64,000 nt of DNA from positions 161,002-225,001 of the forward strand of contig WVYN01000014.1 of the NCBI GenBank assembly GCA_011772965.1, given 5' to 3'. A program made the position numbers and the translations under genes. Under the pieces are notes generated by a model. The model was not told where the DNA came from, did no database searches, and worked only from the letters and a program-made list of their open reading frames with translations. Positions 57,494 through 64,000 of this stretch are shown here, piece after piece; within the stretch, counting starts at the first letter, position 1; each line of letters begins with the position of its first letter. The DNA comes from Gammaproteobacteria bacterium. GTDB lineage: Bacteria; Pseudomonadota; Gammaproteobacteria; Eutrophobiales; Eutrophobiaceae.

Positions 57494-59362
57494 ATGGCAA
57501 GTATTAACGGTACTTCTGACGATCTCTCGCATGCAGGTAACCCCAACCATAAGAAGAGCTTATCTGAAGGCGCAATAAAAAACCGCTGGCTAATTGCAGC
57601 GTCTGCCGTTGGTATCCATATCTCTATAGGCTCAGTATATGCCTGGAGTGTCTTTAACCTCCCTCTTGAAAATGCCTTTGGCTGGGGGAAAAGCGATATA
57701 GCCATCACATTCAGCCTGGCAATTTTCTTCCTGGGCATGTCCGCTGCAGTCATGGGTCATTTTGTCGAACGTCATGGACCCAGGAAATCAGGCATGGTCG
57801 CTGCATGTTTTTGGGGTACAGGCCTCATAGTCGCCAGCCTGGGAGTGAAATTCGGGATTATCCAGATTTTATGGCTTGGTTACGGTGTGCTCGGCGGAAT
57901 CGGCCTGGGGATTGGCTACATAACGCCAGTATCAACTCTGGTGAAATGGTTTCCTGATCGTCGCGGCCTGGCAACCGGCCTTGCCATCATGGGCTTTGGT
58001 TTCGGCGCGGCCATCGGCGCCCCTGTCTACAACTATATCATGTCTGATGTGACTGCCGGCAAGCTCGGTATGAGCGAGGAAATCTATCGCTCTGGTATCT
58101 CCAGTTACAATTCCGCAAAAAAAATCCTCAAGGAAATTCATGTTCACAACGACTCTGCGGAAGACTATGACATGGAATGGTTATTCTCCGCCGTTACCGC
58201 TGCAAACAAGGATGAAGTACTGGCTTTATTACCGGAAAAGCTGGCAAAGGATGCTGACCCACAACTGGATAAGCTCAATACGTCACTGACTGATTTTCAA
58301 CTGGCACCCTTCTGGAATATGAGGAACACGGACAAGTTCAGGAGTGCCATCGCATCCGGAATTTCTACAAACTTCCTCATTGTTGGCCTCACCTACCTGG
58401 TAATCATGTTTGCGGCGGCAAGTTATATCGCACGCCCGCCACAAGGCTGGATGCCGGCCAGCATGAAGGCCGCTGTCGATTCCGGCAAGAAAAAAATCAT
58501 ACCTGATTTGACTCAGATGACCGCCAACGCGGCAGTCAAAAAGGCGCCTTTTTATGGCTTGTGGATCATGATGTTTATCAACATCTCCTGCGGTATAGGT
58601 ATCATTTACACCGCATCACCACTGGCCCAGGAGAGCATCGGGCTGACTCCCGGTGAAGCGGCGGCCGTAGTCGGCATGATGTCTATCTTCAATGGCCTGG
58701 GTCGCATAGGCTGGGCATCTTTCTCCGATTTGCTGGGGCGCGCCAATACCTACACGTTGTTTTTTGTAGTCGAGATTTTTGCCTTCTATTTTCTACCCAA
58801 TATTACCAGCATTATCATGTTCCAGGTGGTGCTCTACCTGATCCTGACCATGTACGGCGGCGGCTTTGCAACATTGCCGGCCTACATAGGCGACCTGTTT
58901 GGCACAAAACAACTGGGGGCGATCCATGGTTATGTACTTACCGCATGGGCAATGGCCGGGGTATTCGGACCGCAGATTGTTGCTCGCCTCTATGAAGCCA
59001 CCGGTTCCTATGAAACCGTGTTGCACATCTTTGCCGGTGTCTTTGCCTTTGCCCTGGCGGTCAGCATCCTGATGACCATACACACCATCAAAGCACGTAA
59101 CCGCATGACGGCTGTAACTGTTTTTAAATATGAAAACGAGGACTTTATTCGAACCCAGACGACCTTGTTAAACGAGGACGGCAAGTCCGCCATCAATACA
59201 AAACTGGACCGGAATAATCCCAGTTACGCAGCACTTTTGCAAAAGAACTCGTTTACGGGAGAGGCGACCATATTTGGCCGCCTTTACGAGACGTACTATG
59301 CACCGCTGACAGATGAGTCAGGAAAACTGACCGGTGCCATATTCGTCGGCAATCAAAAATAG
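57494..59362 (+). CDS. MFS transporter (oxalate/formate antiporter-like family) with a long central cytoplasmic loop and an extra C-terminal soluble domain of about 100 aa
   Basis: There are 12 TM helices split 6+6 around a loop of about 110 aa. The C-terminal tail FKYENEDFIRTQTTLLNEDGKS...GAIFVGNQK lies beyond the last TM helix. Confidence 0.65.
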   Translation: MASINGTSDDLSHAGNPNHKKSLSEGAIKNRWLIAASAVGIHISIGSVYAWSVFNLPLENAFGWGKSDIAITFSLAIFFLGMSAAVMGHFVERHGPRKSGMVAACFWGTGLIVASLGVKFGIIQILWLGYGVLGGIGLGIGYITPVSTLVKWFPDRRGLATGLAIMGFGFGAAIGAPVYNYIMSDVTAGKLGMSEEIYRSGISSYNSAKKILKEIHVHNDSAEDYDMEWLFSAVTAANKDEVLALLPEKLAKDADPQLDKLNTSLTDFQLAPFWNMRNTDKFRSAIASGISTNFLIVGLTYLVIMFAAASYIARPPQGWMPASMKAAVDSGKKKIIPDLTQMTANAAVKKAPFYGLWIMMFINISCGIGIIYTASPLAQESIGLTPGEAAAVVGMMSIFNGLGRIGWASFSDLLGRANTYTLFFVVEIFAFYFLPNITSIIMFQVVLYLILTMYGGGFATLPAYIGDLFGTKQLGAIHGYVLTAWAMAGVFGPQIVARLYEATGSYETVLHIFAGVFAFALAVSILMTIHTIKARNRMTAVTVFKYENEDFIRTQTTLLNEDGKSAINTKLDRNNPSYAALLQKNSFTGEATIFGRLYETYYAPLTDESGKLTGAIFVGNQK

Positions 59363-59458
59363 TTTTTTCATGCTTAAATAAAAAAACCTCCGTTAATGAC
59401 AGTTTATTATTAACAGATCGGTTTTTGGTCTTATGCTGACTACGCATTAAGCACTTGG

Positions 59459-59752
59459 CTATTTGAATCTGGAAATAGCCGATTTAATTCCGTTTTCAAG
59501 TGAATCCCAGGCATTTTCAATCCCAGCCTTAAGATCTTCCCAGGCATCATCGCTTGCGTCTTTTAATTCAATAAGTTTTTCAGTGGCAGCAAGCTGCATG
59601 GCCCGTAACTCTTCAATCTGTTTATAATATTCGAGCTGTGCATCAGCATGCGCCTTTTCAGCTTTAGCCTTAAGCTTATTTACTTCAGTTTTCCACTCTT
59701 CCAGTTGCGCCTCTAATTTATTTTCATATGCGTCTTTCATGCCCATATTCAT
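59459..59752 (-). CDS. Hypothetical coiled-coil protein
   Basis: A 97-aa ORF with uniform heptad-like charge periodicity. Confidence 0.35.
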   Translation of the reverse strand: MNMGMKDAYENKLEAQLEEWKTEVNKLKAKAEKAHADAQLEYYKQIEELRAMQLAATEKLIELKDASDDAWEDLKAGIENAWDSLENGIKSAISRFK

Positions 59753-60246
59753 TCTCCTTACATATTCTAGTTAATGCTTGCTATGAAATGCAGTAAATAT
59801 TCAATAATCAATTGTAATGATTGCCACAAGTAGAAATATCCGATATTAAAAACCGGAATATTGCATTAATCAATTATTAACAGTATGAGATACTTATTTC
59901 AAATACAATTTGTTAACAAATTTTAATGGGAATTGTTGAGACTAGATCGAAAAAAACGCTGCTATAAATATAAAATATTAGAGAATAATCCGCCGATAGT
60001 TTGGTCATGATAATCACTCCCTTTTAATGAGGATTGATAAGTAAAACTATAGGTTTTGATTAGTCCTATTCATTGATCTGGATCAAAATGTGTATATATA
60101 ACGCATAATTATAAGGGGAATGGATAGCTTATTAGTGCCCGCTTTGGGTAGAAAGCAAACATTTATGGTGCAATGATAGTGACTCCTATCATTAAACTAC
60201 TGAGAAATAGTGAGCCCTGAGAGATTGATTAGGCTATTCTCTGCTG

Positions 60247-61161
60247 TTACTTCTTGCAAACGAGTTCACGTGCTTTAGTAAAAGCATCGCGAAAATCCAG
60301 GTAAACCGGCTCGTCAGTCTCGACCATCATGTGTAACAGGGCTTGTTGTAAGTTATATTTAATATCGCCAATTGCAAGTGCTCCAATACCAACTGCACCA
60401 TCTGAATTGGTGGCATTTTTAAGAGGAGCCCCGAAATCATTCACTTTCATGCCTCTTATGCCAAGTGGAGGTACAGCATTTACATCACCAGCAACCTTGA
60501 GTGATTTAGCATCTCCAAGCACTCTGTCAGCTAATACTTCCACCCCTGCCTTTGCGACACAAAAAACTATATCTGCATAGGCAAGTAAATAGGCCTTATC
60601 TGCATCTGAACATCCATATGTACCTTCCATTGAAGAATTACAGAGTTTATTGTATTGAGAGGCAATACTTTGTGCATTTTCAATACTCATATGAGAAACA
60701 ATGGTCGTTTTAGCACCCGCAAGAGAAACGATTACACCAGTTGCAATACCTACCGGCCCTGTTCCTCCAAAAATAACCGCATTACTATTTTTCAATTCTT
60801 TATTATGTTTTTCCTTTAACTCTTTCTCAACACATGCAACCAAGGCTGCAGCTGTTGTAAAAGCACCACTTGGATCAACCAACATAGAGACTTCAAAAGG
60901 TGGCACCATTGCTTTTTTGCTGGCTTCCAGCATATCCATTGCTAAATTAATATCCCGTCCACCGATAAAAATGCTCGTGTTTTTCACTCCCGAAGGACCA
61001 CGGGAAAATATTGCATCCTGCACCAGGCTGTTTATTTGTTCCAGCTTGACATTTGAATGGGGGATAACTTTATCGAAGCCGGCGTCTATTGCCATATTGA
61101 TGTCGAATGGGCTTGTATGCTCCATTGGGTCTAGCATATGAATAACTTTTTGTTTATCCAT
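60247..61161 (-). CDS. mtdB: NAD(P)-dependent methylene-tetrahydromethanopterin dehydrogenase (MtdA/MtdB family)
   Basis: It aligns along its length with MtdA/B, sharing FDINMAIDAGFD, IFIGG and AVIFGGTGPVG (a Rossmann motif). It is 304 aa and its DNA is AT-rich. Confidence 0.6.
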   Translation of the reverse strand: MDKQKVIHMLDPMEHTSPFDINMAIDAGFDKVIPHSNVKLEQINSLVQDAIFSRGPSGVKNTSIFIGGRDINLAMDMLEASKKAMVPPFEVSMLVDPSGAFTTAAALVACVEKELKEKHNKELKNSNAVIFGGTGPVGIATGVIVSLAGAKTTIVSHMSIENAQSIASQYNKLCNSSMEGTYGCSDADKAYLLAYADIVFCVAKAGVEVLADRVLGDAKSLKVAGDVNAVPPLGIRGMKVNDFGAPLKNATNSDGAVGIGALAIGDIKYNLQQALLHMMVETDEPVYLDFRDAFTKARELVCKK

Positions 61162-61266
61162 TTTATAATTCCCCGTAAAGTAGAAGATGTTATTTTACTT
61201 TATTGAATAATTTCTTAAGCTATTATTATATAAACATCGGTTTGTAATGTTATTATAATAACTTAA

Positions 61267-61767
61267 CTATTCCCTCTCATTAATATTTCCCTTCCCTTTA
61301 ATGATTCTACTATCTTCTAAAGATAGGGTGCCTGGAAAATGAAATTTTACTTTAACGTTCACAATTCCGGCAATTTCCATTCCCTGAACCACTTTGCAAT
61401 CGATTGATTTTAAAGCATCACGTACTGATTCAGTAGCAGAATCGCAGCCCAAAACAATCGCGGTATCAAATTGTTTCGCGCGTTTTAGTAGTCTTTTGCG
61501 TTCGCCTGAAGTCCAAGCACAGGCTAGAAATTGTCTGGAGAGATAAGTATTTGTTTTTAAACCCATTGCTTACAGACGTGATTGTAATATTTTGATGTGC
61601 TGGTCTAAAGGAGGAGACCTGAGGAAAGTTTTAAAGAATTCAAAGATTGGTTTGTTGTTTCGCACGGCCAAACTGGTTGCAGGACACGTTCTGCAGGGAA
61701 CAATCAGGACAGACTTTGCATCTTCAACATCTGTCGTAATATCCAGGTCATTAAGATAAAGAGGCAT
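61267..61767 (-). pseudogene. Hypothetical gene split by a single in-frame TAA at 61567-61569 (minus strand), giving ORFs 61570..61767 and 61267..61566 in the same frame
   Basis: The minus-strand reading is ...QSRL-TAA-A-MGLKTN.... Both halves carry Cys motifs (VPCRTCPA and VLGCDSAT). Confidence 0.4.
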
Positions 61768-61920
61768 TTTGGTACTTCCTTCAGCTTGTTATTAGCTAAA
61801 TAATTCCTGTCTCAAGGATAAAAAAAATAAGAGCTATAGTATATTTAAAATATACTTGGATGCACATTGTGGAATGTAAAGAAAAAAATTTGAAGCCTTA
61901 AATCCGCACAGCCTGGAGTA

Positions 61921-62118
61921 ATGGAGGCGTTTACTAAACTTCATAAAACAGCTGTGGCCACCGGCCCTGAACACAAAAACAAAGGAGCTTATGGCCTTGG
62001 CAATCAGCATTACTTCTCGCTGCGATAACTGCATTGCTCATCATATTTATGATGCAATCGAAGCAGGTGCCACTAGAGAAGAAATCACTGAAGCGATAGG
62101 CTTGGCCATTCTCAGATG
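61921..62118 (+). pseudogene. Carboxymuconolactone decarboxylase / AhpD-like (CMD) domain fragment with a frameshift at an A-rich run
   Basis: MEAFTKLHKTAVATGPEHKNK is in one frame. ELMALAISITSRCDNCIAHHIYDAIEAGATREEITEAIGLA, with the CxxC..H motif, follows in the +1 frame. Confidence 0.4.
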
Positions 62119-62186
62119 AAAACGGAAAAGACCTGTTAGTAAACAACCAAGCCTTTGCATAGTAATCAAATAAGGATTCACTTCAA

Positions 62187-63878
62187 CTACATAAGTGGAT
62201 CTTTAATTCCCAAACCATAAATTGCAACTATACCCAGTGCACCTACTGCAAAGACGTAGTAGATGGTTGGAATGATCGTCATTCTTAGAGTTTTTCCTTC
62301 TCGCCCCAGAAGACCAACGGTTGCTGATGCTGCTACCACGTTATGGATTGCAATCATATTACCGGCTGCGGCACCAATGGCTTGCAGTGCTACCAGAAGA
62401 GCACCAGAAATAGACAGCGCATGGGCAACTTCAAACTGGAACTGACTCAGCATCATATTAGAGACCGTGTTGGAGCCTGCAATAAAAGCACCCAAGGCAC
62501 CTACCGTTGGCGCAAAGAAGGGGTAAATTGTGCCAAAAGCGTCAGAAACAAAACTTGCCATAGCAACTGGCATGGATGGAAGATCCCCCATGTTGACGCC
62601 GGAGTTGATGAGAATTCGCACCATTGGAATAGTGAATACTAGTACGAACCCAGCACCAACAAGTGTTTTACCAGCTTCGCTCGCCGCTGCAACAACATGG
62701 GAAGGTTTCATCTTATGAAGGAACATCGTGACGAGGCATACAAAAAACAATATACCTCCTGGCAGATATAGAGGTTCAACAGAACCACTGATGCCTGCTT
62801 CTCCCAGAATATCGCTAGTACCGAAAGATACACTCTGGAGCATACCCTTTAATTCCGGAGATACTCGGCTGGCTACCAGGATAATCGCTAACAGAAGATA
62901 GGGTGCCCAAGCCATTGGCATAGAAATTTTCTTTTCGTCTGCACTAGGTGGCTTTGGAGTCAGAGAGCCAAACCAGTACTTAGGCCATTCATCCTGAGGT
63001 GCAAAATCCCAGGTGTCTTTTGGCAGTAAAAATCTCGCCTTGGCCGCGGGAACAACAATTGACATGCCAACTAATGCACCAATAATTGATGGGAATTCTG
63101 GGCCAAGGAATATGCCGGTTAACGCATAGGGAATGGTAAACGCAAGACCACCAAATATGGCAAAAGGAAACATTGACAGACCTTCAGTCCAGCTTTTGTT
63201 CTTGCCAAAGAAAAGAGTCAGCATAACGATCATTAGGAAAGGAATAAGGGTACCGACAATGGCATGACCAATAGCAACTTCAGAGGCAATCAATCGCAAA
63301 AATACTTCCCAGCTAGAGCCATTAGCAACCAAGTTTGCAGATATAGCCTGGGTATCGAGACCGGAAGTAACGCCGATAATGATGGGTGTGCCGACAGCGC
63401 CAAATGACACGGGAGTAGATTGAATCATCATACCGATCATGACTGCGGCCATGGCAGGGAAACCTATTGCAACCAGAAGAGGCGCGACGATAGCGGCTGG
63501 CGTTCCGAACCCGGAAGCGCCTTCAAGGAAACAACCAAACAGCCAAGCCAGAATAATGACCTGAACCCGTCGGTCTGGACTAATGTTAGTAAATCCTGCC
63601 CGGATAGTGGTTACTGCGCCTGAATACTGCAGTGTGTTTAGGAGCATGATCGCTCCAAATATAATCCACAATAACGAGATGGTGACAATCAGGCCCTGGA
63701 GACTGGCAGCCAGAACGCGATTGAAGCTCATATCCCAAATTAACAGAGCGATCGCTGCTGCCAGCAGGTAAACCACTGGCATTGCTCGGCGAGCGGGCCA
63801 GTTAAGGCCTACCAAAAGAATCGCAGCGACCAATATTGGTGTCGCTGCAAAAAGAGCTAAAATAGGTGTTGATATCAT
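62187..63878 (-). CDS. lldP: L-lactate/glycolate permease (LctP family)
   Basis: The 563-aa polytopic protein aligns with LldP/GlcA from the N-terminus [24 protein letters not shown]. Confidence 0.75.
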   Translation of the reverse strand: MISTPILALFAATPILVAAILLVGLNWPARRAMPVVYLLAAAIALLIWDMSFNRVLAASLQGLIVTISLLWIIFGAIMLLNTLQYSGAVTTIRAGFTNISPDRRVQVIILAWLFGCFLEGASGFGTPAAIVAPLLVAIGFPAMAAVMIGMMIQSTPVSFGAVGTPIIIGVTSGLDTQAISANLVANGSSWEVFLRLIASEVAIGHAIVGTLIPFLMIVMLTLFFGKNKSWTEGLSMFPFAIFGGLAFTIPYALTGIFLGPEFPSIIGALVGMSIVVPAAKARFLLPKDTWDFAPQDEWPKYWFGSLTPKPPSADEKKISMPMAWAPYLLLAIILVASRVSPELKGMLQSVSFGTSDILGEAGISGSVEPLYLPGGILFFVCLVTMFLHKMKPSHVVAAASEAGKTLVGAGFVLVFTIPMVRILINSGVNMGDLPSMPVAMASFVSDAFGTIYPFFAPTVGALGAFIAGSNTVSNMMLSQFQFEVAHALSISGALLVALQAIGAAAGNMIAIHNVVAASATVGLLGREGKTLRMTIIPTIYYVFAVGALGIVAIYGLGIKDPLM

Positions 63879-64000
63879 TCGATCCCCACGATTAACTACT
63901 CGGGATTCGTCACTGTACTCCTCCTAATTTATAGATACCGCAACCAAATCTTAGTCCATCTATCAAAATGATATATGAGGTTTTCTTCTGCACTTTACCG

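Overview
This window reads as a gammaproteobacterial chromosomal segment. It is densely coding on both strands and carries no IS element, integrase or CRISPR array. Most genes are housekeeping: slyD, an AKR, a CDF exporter, an addB-addA-type DSB-repair pair, an EgtD-family methyltransferase plus msrB, a GGDEF protein, cysG, dcd, apbC/mrp divergent from metG, an rnfABCDG operon, srkA, tRNA-Ser followed by endonuclease I and apbE, yajQ, fae, mscS, an S2P protease, ttcA, cspA, tRNA-Arg, cfa, ohrR next to a truncated globin, a periplasmic msrB/msrA pair, an OFA-type MFS transporter, mtdB and lldP. The most unusual region is 31.1-41.0 kb. An 850-aa protein there (cNMP-binding x2, rhodanese, and a roughly 430-residue E/K/R-rich predicted single alpha-helix) sits beside a complete five-gene proteobacterial dedicated sortase system: sensor kinase, OmpR-type regulator, OmpA-like protein, a VIT+VWA target ending in LPQTA-TM-RRY, and a sortase with a TLITC active site. 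Other points worth a second look are an rnf operon with no rnfE and a DUF484 gene translationally coupled in its place, Tat/Sec-exported classical MsrB/MsrA, a signal-peptide-bearing truncated hemoglobin beside an OhrR-type regulator, three genes broken by an in-frame stop or homopolymer frameshift, an att-like duplication of a tRNA-Arg 3' end, and a 1.4-kb AT-rich gene-poor island. All calls rest on reading the translations by eye and on remembered family signatures. No database search was run.
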